Source of the DNA: Perna viridis
Taxonomy: Eukaryota
Direction of reading: 5' to 3'
Length of the DNA: 64,000 nucleotides
Assembly: GCA_037379345.1 (NCBI GenBank)
Contig: CM074511.1
Location: 14,012,001 to 14,076,000 of the forward strand
In this document: in pieces, positions 37,296-51,900 of the stretch
Position numbering within the stretch: position 1 is the stretch's first letter
Layout of the letters: each line of letters starts with the position of its first letter
Notes under the pieces: model-generated
Databases searched by the model: none
What the model saw: the letters and a program-made list of their open reading frames with translations, nothing else
What the model was told of the DNA's origin: nothing
Translations under genes and position numbers: made by a program

Positions 37296-38487
37296 AACTT
37301 TGGCCTAAGTTTAGAAAATTAACAATGTTTTATAGCAGATACATGCAAATATGAGTTCAGACCTGTTCACATAATAGATAAGATCTCGCCCATAGTAAAT
37401 ATTATGTGCCTGATTCTTTTATCATCTTTAGGGTAAATTCCTCTTCTTTTTGGCACGATTTTAAAGACCTACTTAAATTTCCATGTAAGTGGTAATTTTC
37501 TTCTTGCAAAAGTAACTTGTTCATGTTAAAGATTATTTTAAAGTCTGTTAACAGTCCTGATTGGGGGGTGGGGGGGGAAGTTCAGTTTTGTTCTACTTTC
37601 TGAAGGGTGTTTCTACATTAATAAAGAAATGTCCAACAGAGCACACATGATATGCACCATTACATTCATTTACTGTATTTTCATCAATCTTAATAACTAA
37701 CATATAAAGCCTTTAGTCAATTAAAAGAAAACCTAGTTGATGCAAAAATTACATTTGAAAGCATACTCTGTGGTGAGGTTAATGTCTTGTTGTTTACATG
37801 CTTTAGTTTACCTTTGGAAAATGAGGCCACGGCAATAAGAAATCTCAGACATTTTTATGCATTATTAAATGTACTTTAGTTTGCCAAACCCTGTTAGGTA
37901 GTTTGAATTGTAACCCAAGAGTGCCTGAGGTTTTCTGTGTCTCATACAAAAGTGGATACCTGTTAACTATGACAGGCTTAAATAAAAACTACCCATAAAC
38001 TTATAACTCTCAGGTATCTGTGATGTTAAAAAGTGCATTGTTGTAGTATGAATGTGTTCAAGTTGACAGAAGGTTAATTACGTGCAGTTGCTGTCAAAAA
38101 TTACTCCAAAGAAAATGAGAAAAACAGTCAAAGAAATTGACATTTAAAGTTCTCATCAGCTGCTAGTTATATATTTCACAGTCAATGATATATAACAAAT
38201 ACACCTGTCACCGATTTGTTGTAGTTACTGCACATGACTTTAATTTGCCGGGAGGATCAAAGGATAACTGTGTAGAAGTATTCTTCAATTGCTTTCTGAT
38301 GCTTCTATCTGTCGATTGTTTTGATTTGATATCACATTTAAAAGGCAAATTAAATTGATGTGTATGTCAAGAAAATTTCCAGAGAATGGTTTAACCAGGA
38401 ATTGTATTTATACTTTGAGTGTATTCAGTAGGACTTTTCTAAGCTCATTTCTTTCATCAGTTGTGAGGCATACAGCTTCTAAGTCTG

Positions 38488-40101
38488 TATGTCTGGTTGT
38501 CCCTTGTGTTATTATCTGGATGTCCCTTGTGTTATTATCTGGTTGTCCTTGTGTTATTATCTAGTTGTCCCTGGTGTTATTATCTAGTTGTCCCTGGTGT
38601 TATTATGTAGTTGTCCCTGGTGTTATTATCTAGTTGTCCCTTGTGTTATTATCTGGATGTCCCTGGTGTTATTATCTGGATGTCCCTGGTGTTATTATCT
38701 GGATGTCCCTGGTGTTATTATCTAGTCGTCCCTTGTGTTATTATCTAGTTGTCCCTTGTGTTATTATCTGGTTGTCCTTTGTGTTATTATCTAGTTGTCC
38801 CTTGTGTTATTATCTGGTTGTCCTTTGTGTTATTATCTGGTGGTCCCTTGTGTTATTATCTACTTGTCCCTGGTGTTATTATCTAGTTGTCCCTTGTGTT
38901 ATTATCTGGATGTCCCTGGTGTTATTATCTGGATGTCCCTGGTGTTATTATCTAGTTGTCCCTTGTGTTATTATATGGATGTCCCTGGTGTTATTATCTA
39001 GTCGTCCCTTGTGTTATTATCTAGTTGTCCCTTGTGTTATTATCTGGTTGTCCCTTGTGTTGTTATCTAGTTGTCCCTAGTGTTATTATCTAGTTGTCCC
39101 TGGTGTTATTATCTAGTTGTCCTTTGTGTTATTATCTAGTTGTCCCTAGTGTTATTATCTAGTCCCTTGTGTTATTATCTAGTTGTCCCTTGTGTTATTA
39201 TCTGGTTGTCCCTGGTGTAATTATCTGGTTGTCCTTTGTGTTATTATCTAGTTGTCCTTTGTGTTATTATCTAGTTGTCCCTTGTGTTATTATCTAGTTG
39301 TTCCTTGTGTTATTATCTGGTTGTCCCTTGTGTTATTATCTAGTTGTTCCTTGTGTTATTATCTGATTGTCCCAGGTGTTATTATCTGGTTGTCCTTTGT
39401 GTTATTATCAGGTATCTGGTTGTCCCTTGTGTTATTATCTGGTTGTCCCTTGTGTTGTTATCTAGTTGTCCCTGATGTTATTATCTAGTTGTCCCTTGTG
39501 TTATTATCTGGATGTCCCTGGTGTTATTATCTGGATGTCCGTTGTGTTATTATCTAGTTGTCCCTTGTGTTATTATCTGGATGTCCCTAGTGTTATTATC
39601 TAGTCGTCCCTTGTGTTATTATCTAGTTGTCCTTTGTGTTATTATCTAGTTGTCCCTTGTGTTATTATCTAGTTGTTCCTTGTGTTATTATCTAGTTGTC
39701 CTTTGTGTTATTATCTAGTTGTCCCTTGTGTTATTATCTAGTTGTCCCTTGTGTTATTATCTGGTTGTCCCTGGTGTTATTATCTGGTTGTCCTTTGTGT
39801 TATTATCTAGTTGTCCTTTGTGTTATTATCTAGTTGTCCCTTGTGTTATTATCTAGTTGTTCCTTGTGTTATTATCTAGTTGTCCCTTGTGTTATTATCT
39901 AGTTGTTCCTTGTGTTATTATCTGATTGTCCCTGGTGTTATTATCTGGTTGTCCTTTGTGTAATTATCTAGTTGTCCCTTGTGTTATTATCTAGTTGTTC
40001 CTTGTGTTATTATCTGGTTGTCCCTGGTGTTATTATCTGGTTGTCCTTTGTGTTATTATCTAGTTGTCCCTCGTGTTATTATCTGGATGTCCTTTGTGTT
40101 A
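38488..40101. repeat. 23-bp minisatellite, ~70 copies
   Basis: Unit ttatctagttgtcccttgtgtta with a few recurrent variants. Confidence 0.97.
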
Positions 40102-40701
40102 AATTCTTAGGTGGAAAGTACACAAATTATGTACATTTTCGTGTGTAGTTCTATTAACTGACCTGGATTTGGTTGAAGATTTGCAGTTGGTAGGACATGA
40201 TTGGTATTCACTTAATTAAAATCTAAAAAACTAGACCTTGAATAAAATGTATTAAAAATTCCCAACAAATGTATCCAATAAGAATTTAGAATTCAATATT
40301 CAATCTGAATTATATAATACAGGAGATGTCTGGATTAGATAGAAAACACAGTTTGCTTTTCATGTCATTTCAGTTAATGCTTTTAAGGACTTTAAGTTGT
40401 TGTGGTGTAAGAATTATATTTTTTGTTGTTCTGGTTAGTTTATATGGCACCAAACTCTTTGAATCACATGAAATAAACCTGTCATATGGCTTATAAGCTT
40501 ATTCTTAAATAAGTCCAGGTCAGTGAATTCTTATCACAAAATTACCTACTGACAAAAATAAATCATCATCTGCCAATCAAAATCTGCCTCTTTTAATCTT
40601 TTAGTTTCATACCTGACAGCTCGTTATGAATATTGGTCATTTACTCACCAACATCAAAATCAGTATTGATACAGTGGTATATTAATTCTGTATTCACACA
40701 G

Positions 40702-40755
40702 GAGGAAGAACTGGACTGGGTCAATGAATGGCTTCAAAAAGAGGAAGAGTTTTGA
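40702..40755 (+). CDS. Candidate terminal coding exon EEELDWVNEWLQKEEEF-stop
   Basis: Acceptor ttctgtattcacacag|; 17 purine-rich, protein-like codons then TGA. No homology confirmed. Confidence 0.35.
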   Translation, partial: EEELDWVNEWLQKEEEF

Positions 40756-43502
40756 ATATTTATGAATGTAGATAACTTTTTATCAATGTTTGTGGACCAG
40801 ACTGGTCATTTATCATGCTTTTTGTTCTTTTAGTATTGCTACTGGAAGCATTAATCATAAGATAATGAACAAATATTGATTTTCAGAGAAAAACAGAGTT
40901 ACTTTCCCTTTGTTTGGGTAGATTTCTATTGATGTACAGTCTTAACTATTGCATGTCTGTGTCAGTGTGATAAAATTTTACTAAGAGGAAAACAAGCTTT
41001 TTCAATTAAGACAGTTTGTTATGACTGTCGAACACGAAAGACTCCGGTTTGTATTTCTAGTTTCTTTTTCCTGTTATGGCTTGCACATCCTTAATCGACA
41101 TAATTTCGTATAGGTATCAGGAAATATTAAAAGTCATGGAAAGTGACAAACAAGAAATTTAGGTAGTGGAATTTACTTTGATCAGGACCGTGTCTTACAT
41201 TTACCAGTAAGAAACAAAGACACTTTCTGTTGTACTAACCTACTGAAAGAGTTACTGCCCTTGATTTATATGATCACACTTGGAAGACTTCAGTGCCACT
41301 AACATTGTCTAGAAATCACCAACACCAGTCATTTAGCACTGTAAAAATGAAAACAGTACCTACATTTGAAAAAGTCTTAATAAGGCTGAAATATACTGAG
41401 ATCTGATTGGCAGAGGACAGCAATCTTATTAAATACTTGTTGGGTAGTTCATCTTAGTATGATCATATTTGCGATACATATGTAATTAATAACTTAAGCA
41501 GGTTAATTATAATCATTAACCATTAAACCAGAGATTATCTGAAAATAATCATTCAATGGTTATTGATTTGTCTTTATCTCTGTAGATTTGACAAACCAGA
41601 CCTTGTAATGGATAGGTGGGTTGACATTGGTCATTTGTCACTGCAGGTGAAATTTATACAAAACATAAACTAGAAAAAGTAGAACCATTGCAGGGGCTAT
41701 AATTAATTGGAAGCAGCTACTTGATTGATGGGAAATGGGTCAAATTATCTGTCTCAACTCTGGGGATTCAGTTTTATTACAAACTGTTGGGGCATTCATA
41801 GGGCTATTTCAGAGAGAAAATTGATACAAACTGATAATCTGAAACTGATTGATATATTTTCGCTTCAGCCAACGAAATGCATAATATGATTTCAATTTTC
41901 TGTCTGGTTGGATTTCATAATGAGATTGGTCAGATGAAACTGTTTCACTAGGTTTCTTTGTGCAGTATGATACTGATGATTAGAAAATAGAATCATTACC
42001 CCTATCACCTAAATTGGTATTGGAAGAGTAGCAAAGTGTTTTCAAACTATGAATGAATGTTCTAAATTAGGAACCTTTGGAGTAATTACAGAAATTAGTG
42101 TTTTTCTACTTGATTAGATTTTCCTGTCTGACTGGGAAATCTGTTTTAGTGCTTGTCTGTCATAGAAAATTGTATTAGCACTTCTTTAGACCATGTATGG
42201 CATTTAGCTTTTGGAGGTTATTAGTTCAGAGTTCAATTTTGATTGTATATGAATCAGTGAATTGTTATGAAAGACAATGTTGTCCTAAGTTTAGGATTGA
42301 TTTTAAGGGTACAACTTTTTATGAATAAAATCTGAAATCTGAAATCTTATAATCTCATCCTAGGGTGTCTTGAAATTTTGCTCTTTCATTCACCAGACGC
42401 TGTTATCTTTGATGTAACTCATATTTATAAGTACAAGGTGAAAAGCCTGTCTTCAGAGGTAAAGTTCTATTTTTTGGTGTTCTGTTTATTTCAACTGGAC
42501 TTTACCTCACAAATCAAAACATTTAAAAGCTATAAGCTGTAACTGTTTGATATTCGAACTGGAATAAAGTTATGTCTGAGTACAACTGTGTAATGGTAAT
42601 TACAAGGCCATTATTGTAAAATAGCAGAAAATTAATATGGCTATTTTGTGTGGTATTTTGATTTGATTTTCATTAAATGAGCGTTTAATGCTGGATCCAG
42701 TTTGTCTCATTTACATCATGAAATTGAAGCTTTGCATGTTTATTTCTAATTATCCCAACATTAAACTGCTAGGGTGCAAGATGGCTCATGTTCAACATGC
42801 TTTTAGGTGCTGTTTTAGTTTGACAAAGTGCAGCTGCACATTATGCAGTGTTGATTCTTGTTTTATTGGTTAATGTAAAAACAATTATCCAAGCAAATGT
42901 CCAATTAATGCCTTAAAAATAGGTTAGGAGAGTGGTCTGGTTTTTTTTTCTATTGGTGGTATTTGTTGTGTTATGGACAGTTGGAATGGAATGAGTGTTC
43001 CCAATGAAATGTACTTATGTGTAGAGTACTTCATTTCAAGAGAAAGCATAGTTACTGTAATATGATTTAGCATTGTATAGTCTTAATTCAATTTTTCAAA
43101 TACTAAATTTCATCATAAATTCATATGGTTGCTATTATCCAGTCCAATACTTATTCACTGATTTTCATGTATGTCGACCTATCAATGACATTTGTTTGGC
43201 AGAGGAAAGATTGGAGTATTCTGGTAAGAATTCTGACAGTTTAATGTGATTATTTATTGTTTAGATAACTTTCTTTTATCAATTATTGTCTGAGTGATAT
43301 CACTTTGATCATAGATTATAGGTTTTACAGTAAATTTTTGCTTGTTTGAGTATAATTTATTGTTGGTGAAAGTATTTTTAGTGAAACTCAATATATACTT
43401 GAATAAAGATGGTAACTGATTAACAGTGATGGGTGACTTGTAGACCTGATTTAGATAGGAAACAACCTTTATATTGTCTTCAACAACATTCCATAAACCA
43501 GT

Positions 43503-43597
43503 CAATGCATCTTATGTTACCAGAACCAATCAATGCATCTTATGTTAACAGAACCAATCAATGCATCTTATGCTAGCAGAACCAATCAATGCATCTT
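43503..43597. repeat. 28-bp tandem repeat, ~3.4 copies
   Basis: Unit caatgcatcttatgttaccagaaccaat. Confidence 0.9.
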
Positions 43598-43636
43598 TCC
43601 AATATCTTGATCTATATTTTAATGACCAACTATTAG

Positions 43637-43832
43637 TACTGTGGAAGTACTATTGTTCGTGGGGTACTGATTTCGTTGATTTCGTGGGTTAGGTAAACCA
43701 TGAAATTTGATTCCCAACATAAAGGATTATTTACTTTTAATTGTATGACAGGATCTTCAAAACCATGAATTCAGCAGCTTTTTTCCTAAACTAAGGAAAT
43801 AGATACCCACGCATATAAGTACTTTCACAGTA
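43637..43832 (+). mobile_element. TA-flanked MITE (Tc1/mariner-like)
   Basis: tactgtggaagtactatt ... ataagtactttcacagta. Confidence 0.8.
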
Positions 43833-46714
43833 TTTCAAGTGTGTTTCTGGTATGGTAATAGATGCTTTTACTTTTATTTGCCAAAAATACAAATGACTTG
43901 GTATAGTTTTTTATTCACATTTTTGTTAATAATTTGATGGTGATATAGGTAATTTTGGCTGTCTTTCTCTGAAGTTAGTAACTTATTGGTGATTGATTTG
44001 TGATGTATTGATGACCATTAAATTGATAAATGATTATTGGTATGGTGCCAAAGGTCAGTTATTACAATATTCATTTGACATGTGCTCAGTTTGTAGTTTT
44101 ATATTTTTAAAATTATAGTGAGAAAAAGGTGCACTTTTCCTATTAATTTTCTTCACTCATACACTTTTCATTAAAATATTTATTTCAGAATGAGCATGCC
44201 TTATTTTAATATTTCATCTCAAATCTATACTCTGCAGTCTGTATATCTGGCAGAAATATTAACTTTCTGATAAAATAGGTCAAAGTCAGCCAATGAATTC
44301 AAATTTAAAGTAAGTATATACAGTATGTTTAAAAACAAAAACTGATACACACTTGTACTAGTTTTCATAGCAAGCTACAATACACAGAGACATTTTGCAT
44401 GAAGAAGTTATTTTTCTGTTAACCCTTGAGAGATGCTATTCAATTGTGCAGAAAAAAATTCCTTATTCTACTTTGAAACTGACACATTAAGTTATTCACA
44501 TTCAGGGGAAACATTCAGTGATTAATGACTTGTACAGTTAAGGGCGTCAACAATTATCTCAAATATGATATGAAGTGGAGCTATTCAAATTTCATAGCCA
44601 TTAAAAATATGATATGGCTTAAATAATATAATTATTTGTTTCAATTAGCTACATATGTTTGGAAAGCCATTACCATTATCTGAGTCATGGTTCTGCTAGA
44701 TTAATCCCACTGAGTAAACTAACTTCTTTGTTTTTAATACATACACATTTCTTAAGTTTTCAGAAGTTGATAAAAGTGATCTCTTCTCATAATTTTTTTA
44801 TCACAATCAGATAAAAGTTTATATGTATGCACCTGAAAAAACTGAAACTGAATATACAAAAATTATCTTAAATAATTATTCTTGTATCAGATTAAATACA
44901 ATATTTTGGAATAAAAAGGGGCGAAAAAGTGGGAGCAAGAAACTAATACCCCCTCCATGGATCAGCTACCTAGTTCTTAATATCGTGACCAATGTGTAGC
45001 TTGTTTTTGCTATATAGGTTGTCTGAAGATCTTGTATAAATAAGTCCTTTGACTGGCCTCTTGGAATTAGGGAAATCTTAGACATTTTCAAAATATATAG
45101 TCAGGTTTAATGTGCCCTTGTTTATTAGCCTTTATCTTTTAGTATCTACTTTATGATCTATCTGTTTGCTTATATTTTTTCAACAAATTAGTAGAATAAG
45201 AGAGATCGTTGGTGGTGGTCCTACAACTTTTCCTGTCTATGTGGAGTAGTACACTTTACAATATGCAGATTTTGTGTCTCTGTAAATTAGCCAAATAACC
45301 CATGAGTTATGAGTGCTAACATATGGCTTGAAGAAATTCTTCAGAAAAATGAGATATTTGATAGTTAAACGGATGTTTAAGCTAATTTTCTGGAATTCTA
45401 AAAACAACTATTTCATGTTTTGATTGAAATCTCTATTAAAATATTTCAGAATTAACCTTTGCAAGTATGGTCTTGATTAAGGATTCAGCCTTAGTCTCTT
45501 GTTTCCATTTTATTTTGTCCATGTTATCTTCAAATACTTCTAAAAAATGACAATTCATTACATTTGATATAAAGTTTTAGAACAGTTACTTTGTCTCCTT
45601 ACCTTTTGGAAAGATTAGATGTCTTTAAAAATATTAGGTCAGAACTAATTTATCTCCTGATTGCAGAAATGTTATTTTGTGTCACAAAACATGGTAACCA
45701 TGCCTGTATATTTTACAGTTATTTTTAGATGGCAGTGATATTTGCAGAGTTATTTTTTGTATAACCTTCATAGTTAGTTTCCATTTAACTTTTAATTTAC
45801 ATAGATCAAAGGTCATGGCCAAGGTGAAGGTAACAAAGCTTCAAGGAAACTGCAAATGATAATACCCATGTTTATATTACTAAGTATTATGATTCTTCTG
45901 TATCATTGTTGTGTGTTCCAATGCAGATGTGGTGCAAATGTTAAAAGCAGGCAATATTTTATACAGATGCTTTTACAAGAATAGGTTAATGTGCACAGAA
46001 TGATAATAAGAGCTAATTAGAGGAATGCCAGAGAACACCCTCCATTAACTTACTGTGAATTATCATGTTCATTCTTTGTATTTCCTGCAAATTAACATAG
46101 TGACTGTTTTAAGACTTTTTGCATAGCTGTATTAATTATTCGCTAAGAAAATTACAAAAACACAGAATATTTATGTCTGTTTATGTAGTTATATTTGATG
46201 TTTTTACTGTTATTTTCCTGTCAGCACCTAATGCTTATATTCCCCTTCCTCATAAATAGCAATGGATTTTGGAAATGAGGCACAAAATTATGTAAAATGT
46301 AATTATTTTCATTTCCTTTGAAAAATATTATGGCTTTGATTTTGCTTATATTCCGATGGATTTATGCTGACACTTATAAGCTCCACACTAAAAACAGCTG
46401 TTCATTGTTTATTTCATCTTTAATGAAGGGGTATTTTGAAACAAAAACAGAGAGGTATAAAATAGCAATATTTTAGATACCTGAATTTTGTTCACATCCT
46501 GTAGAAAAACAAATTGCCTACAGTACTATTAACTGAGAGATATTATGTATTTTGATAAATTGGTCAGTTTTGTTTATATTGATTGCAAAAAGGGAATTTG
46601 CTTACGTAGTAGAAAGTGGTAGATCTAAGGTACTGTTTGTAGCTGGATGTTGATAGATTGGCAAAGATTTTGACTGAAAGAAATACATATTTTGTTTTGT
46701 GAAAAAATTATTAT

Positions 46715-47600
46715 GTAATACTCTCCAAAATGCAGCATGTCCATCCATCCCCTGACAGTTTCCAGATGACAACTTGATCCTTGTCGTGCTGCGCATTTCT
46801 GAACGAAAATCTAGATTTTGATATTTTGCAAATGTATGCAAATTAGAAAGATGGGTGATCATGGGGTGGGATGTTGTGTGTGCCAACTCATGAAAATGGG
46901 TCTGTCACTCGAAAATGGTCATTTTTGTCCATTTCTGGTCATAATTTGCTACCTGTGGGGTTCAACGGGAACAAATCAGGAATCAAAGCACATTCGTCTA
47001 CTGCAACCAGATAGTGTGTTACAGTCACAAATGTCAGGAGCTCCCTGAAGGGTCATTCGTTTGAAAAAAATGAGAATTTTTTTTCCAATTTTTAGCCTCT
47101 GTTTGTCCATAAACTGGAAGTAGTCAATACAAGGGGTTGTCATTGAAATGGTGGCGACAGAAATCATTCTTATTTAGGTTGCAGGCGAAATAGAGTACAA
47201 CAGATTAATTCTTCTCTGGTGAGGGTCAGAGAGATTTAATTTTTTTCAACAGTGTAAACTCATGACCTCTTCTTTTAGCTTTCAAGTCATTATTCATTAA
47301 CAAACTCGATATCAGATAGCCTCATTTTAAATGCTGTTTGCAGATGGACACAGATTGTGCTTTCCTAAACTATGATTTACACTGCCAGAACCAATAAAGC
47401 GGAACATGGTCCAATCTCGAACAGGTCTGGGCGTAGCACAACAAGGGTTAAGAACGGATCAAGGAAATTTTTTGAAACTTTGTACAGTTGTTTAGTACCA
47501 TAAATACAGGTTAATTTCAATTGTCAGCTATTTTGCCATCCCCCTTTTTTCACCATTACATTGCAGGGTATTAATTAATGTTCTATTAATGCTCTATTTT
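46715..47600 (+). mobile_element. Degenerate HINE-like element split by the piggyBac-like MITE
   Basis: gtccatccatcc microsatellite and gatgacaac before the insertion; gaacggatcaaggaaattttttgaaacttt after it. Confidence 0.45.
46778..47447. mobile_element. piggyBac-like non-autonomous element
   Basis: Right end gcgtagcacaacaaggg-TTAA; left end TTGA-tccttgtcgtgctgcgc; TIR matches 14 of 17; GC- and CpG-richer than its flanks. Confidence 0.7.
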
Positions 47601-48746
47601 TACTTTTCATATTATTTTTAAGCTAACATGTAAGTGTAGTTTTCAAAAAGTAACAAAGATAAGATGTGCATGGAACAAAGGTTCTGTTAATAATTAACTA
47701 CACTAATTGTACCATCTTGAGTGGAGAAATGATTTAAACTATTCGTAATTGAAGAAGAATCTATATTTATGTCTTTTGTGTATGAAGCTAGATACAGTAA
47801 AATATGACTTCTAGACTCTAAACAAAAACACGACTCTCTCTGAGAATGATCTTTTATCCCTTGATGAGTCTGAATAAAACTGTGTTATTGAGATCTGGGC
47901 AATATTATATGCTTTTTCTTCACATGAGAAATCTCTTTGATTCTGAAGAACAAAATGACATTGGTTTAGACAGTTTTCTGGGGAATATTGTTTGTTTAAT
48001 GTTATATCAAAGAATTTTTCCTCATATAATGGATGCCTGGTATAATAGTTCTAAGTGCACAGGGGTTAAACATTATGTCATGAAAATGCAAGTTATAGTA
48101 TAATGGCACATTTAATGTTTTAAAAAAATCTGTATTATCTTTAAAAATTGAATTGTTCTCTTGGTATTTGTAGTCAATATGTTTCAAGTACAAAATTGTC
48201 AAAACGTGGGGTGATATCGGTTCAACTAAATATAAGAGCTATTTATGTATCCAAGTCAGCAATGATATAAACTCAGAAATACATTCAGTGCAACTCTGCA
48301 TTTTTATTTTTTGATGAAAGAGAATTGTTATATATTAAAAATGCTTTTGATGTAGTAGTGTATTGGTTATGGTCACAAAAGGTTCAAAATTATATCATAA
48401 CTTACTGTTGAAAAAGCATCTGGTCAAAATTGAAGCCTAATATTTAGGACAAATGCATTAGTAAAATTGTACATACATGTATTATTAAACATTGAATCAA
48501 AGAGGAATCGGATGCACATTATATGACTGTTGCTGTTATCATAGTATTTTTGGTGTTAAAGGACTCTAAGTACTAAAAGGTCAAATATTACATCATGTAA
48601 TCAGTAAGGTCTGGGTTGAAAAGTGTATACTCATGTCCTTAGAGAATATATTGCCTCAGTGCTGTTATACAAAATCTCAGTACAGTTATACATACTAGCT
48701 TTATTCTGACAGTAATTGTGCTCAGACATTCTAATATTCTACATAT

Positions 48747-48931
48747 CAGGGTTCAAATTAACTCTGGTCTAAGGAAGGACAATTGAAACATTATATACCT
48801 ATTTGGTTCTGGACCTACCATACTTTATATTTACTCTTATTTAGGATCTTTGTTCACTTTCTTCTAATTGACCTATTTAGGATGCAAACATGTTGAGGAC
48901 CTTTCACCCTTGAAAGTAGATTTGAACCCTT
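48747..48931. mobile_element. Short hAT-like MITE
   Basis: cagggttcaaatta ... tagatttgaaccctt. Confidence 0.5.
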
Positions 48932-51900
48932 TTAAATCTCATTCCCCCAGGTCTTCGACTGACAGACAGATAGACCATGGTTTGTAAGGGCATAGAAGGT
49001 TGTTAAAGACCTTTACAAGTCCTTACTGAAGGTGCAGCTTAATATATTGATAGTTTTATGGAAAAGATAACCGTAATTTGTATTAAATCAGTCAGCTTTA
49101 TCTTATAAAGAATTTTTTATGGGCATCTTGTATCAATGTCACTATATTGTAGAGAATGTGTTTTATAGTTGAAAGTATTTTCAAAACTATAAAATCTAAG
49201 AGTAACCACTAAATTCTTAGTTATATTACTTGTAGAAAAGTGGTATTCATATTGAATAAGTTTCTTCTGAACTTATGTATTCTTTGATAGATCAACTGGT
49301 TATGACAGCTTTTTGACAATTTCCTTTTTGCTTTAGAAACTCTTGTCAAAATAGACATTTACAGACATTGTGTCTAACAGAAGTCTGTCTGTCAAATATA
49401 GGTTATCCTTGTATTTAGTAGTGCAACAAACCCATGTATATTGGAGATTCTGCATCAGATCTCTCTGTTAGATTGGCAACAACTTACCTATTTTTCTTAG
49501 ATTGTTTTTAACTTTTGAGTCCATAATGATGGACAAGAAGTTGTATTTTATTGTCTTCAATACATCTACTAAGACAACATGCTAATGAAAATGAGCATGA
49601 ATCCACTTATGCAGAATTTTTTCTGTTTAACACTCAACATAGTTTTCAGTGGTCCATGCTCACAGATTTTAGTGGAAGCCTGGGTCACTCATTTACTTTT
49701 ATTTCATTGTACATGTTATTTTTAGTATTTTATATTCCTATTTTCCCTATAGTCTATATCTTTGGAATATATTCTTTTGATTTCCACATGAATCTTGGTT
49801 TCCTTGATTATTCTTTTAATCTTGAGGGTGATTAAAATGTTGGTTTGTCATGTCAAAGTGCTACTACCAGGCCAGTTGTATTTTTATAGAAATTCTCCAA
49901 AATATGGTTTGGTTGGGACTATGGACCAAAAGTTTTGCCTTTTGAAGACTGTCTACGAAAAAAAAAAACAGGATCAACAACATTTTTTCCTGGAATCCGT
50001 AAAAGTGGTGTCTTTCACCTGTTTACTGTTTTAGTTATAATGAAGAGTCCATATCGTGATTCATGGCTTTTTGTTGAATTGATTATTCACGATTTAAAGA
50101 AGAAACAGAATTTAGGTGATTTCCCTCATCTCAGTTCTAAGATCTTAGGATTCTGTATACCTACGTGTTGTTATGTAATTTGATTATATTTTCTATAACT
50201 GAACCTACTGGAAGTTTTCTTGGCAGAATGTTATTACCCACCTGTAAAACTTTCTAATACACTCACAGTGATAAGGATGAACTCTTCTGACATTTATTGT
50301 GGTCTGGTTTCTCTGGTTATACAAGTTTTTTAGACTATTTTTGAACACTACCTCAATACAGATATACAATATGGAGAACTTTTTATGAAACATGTGCTAC
50401 ATCCAGGTGTATATGGATTTTGAGTAAGAGTTTAATAACTACTATTCTCTGTAGTGATATTTTGTATATACACACTAGTTACTGTCTTTCTGATAAATTT
50501 CCAATATATTCAGTGATAAGTTTAGGCTTATAAAGCTAAGTCAAGAATCAAAACCGCATCTCATTTTTCTGTTCCCTTCTTATCTGAACATTCATCTGAG
50601 CATAGTAAATGTTCCATTGTGTCTTTTTTTTAAACAAAAATGGCAACTTTTAAATGTTTCATTTACATGTGCAAAGATTTCTCTCTCCATGTGATAAAAC
50701 CTTAACTTTATAATAGTACGAGGTTGAGGTTTATTACAACTAGTATTTACCCCATCTGTATGCATTTTCATGAAACATATGGTCTTATTGTACGATAAAA
50801 TCATTTTAAATATTTATTCTGCCATTTGCATAAAACATCGGGAGTTTTAAGACTATTAGCTATTATTATGTCAAATATGGGAGTAATATTTATAAAACAG
50901 ATATCTGTATAATATATTCATGATTATTATAATGATATTTGAAAATGTGTGTACGGCTTTTCTGTTTATAGTGGAAATCATGGAAAGCTTATTAGAATCT
51001 GATTATGTACAAAATATTCTGTCCTTGTAGTAAAGAGTCACTACCTTATTGAAGTGAAATGTTAAATAAGATTAGGCAAGGCATATATTACTTCAAATAG
51101 TATTGTATGTATATTAAGACAATTTACATGAAGACTATTGGCCTGGCAACTTCATTTTAAATGCCCTAAAATGATTAATGTCATCTGTTTGTCCGTCTGT
51201 GACATTTTGTGTTTTGAAAACATTATCTTTTGTGCCTGCCAAGCATTAAGTACTATTCTGTGTATGAATCAGGTGACATCATATTTCTCAATTTGGTCTT
51301 TTTTTGCCTCATATTCAATACATCTAGAAAACAATTGAAAAGCTAATTAAATTTATCCTGAAGCATCTGTGATGTAGATTTTTTTTGACTGCAGGAAAAT
51401 TTTCTCACCATTTTTCCATAGCGCATTTCAACTAAATTTGACCAATCAATATCTTAAAAAGGCAAACTTAACAAACACTTTGATGTTGTTTCTGGAGGTT
51501 ATCAGGTATAATTAATTGGTTAATGTAATAAAATATTTGTGTTTTTTACCCTCATGTGCCACACCTTATACACATTTTGCCTGATTCTTAGACAGAGAAG
51601 TGCTTAAATAATAATGATCAAAAATTGCATTATTGAACTTTTTATCATTATTGACTAAAATAACAATATGTAGTGTGATACAATGATTACTGAATCTACA
51701 GTATTTATTATTTACTTGCACTTCTCTCATTGAAATCAGTGAATATAACAAATGCTCATAAAAGAACACCTTGCATTTCAAAACATCTCTTTTTAGAAAA
51801 CAAAAACTTATCACTAAAGGCCATATGGAACACATTACAAGAATGTTTTTACTAAAAGTTGATAAGTTGAAAGCCTTTTAAAATATTTTTGTAGAAAAAC

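Noticed and set aside
38355-39488. Cys/Leu/Val-rich ORFs up to 148 aa
   Set aside because: Translation artefacts of the 23-bp minisatellite (23-aa periodicity), mostly with non-ATG starts.
20071-40101. CRISPR-like arrays
   Set aside because: All arrays are head-to-tail repeats without unique spacers, there are no cas genes, and the context is eukaryotic.
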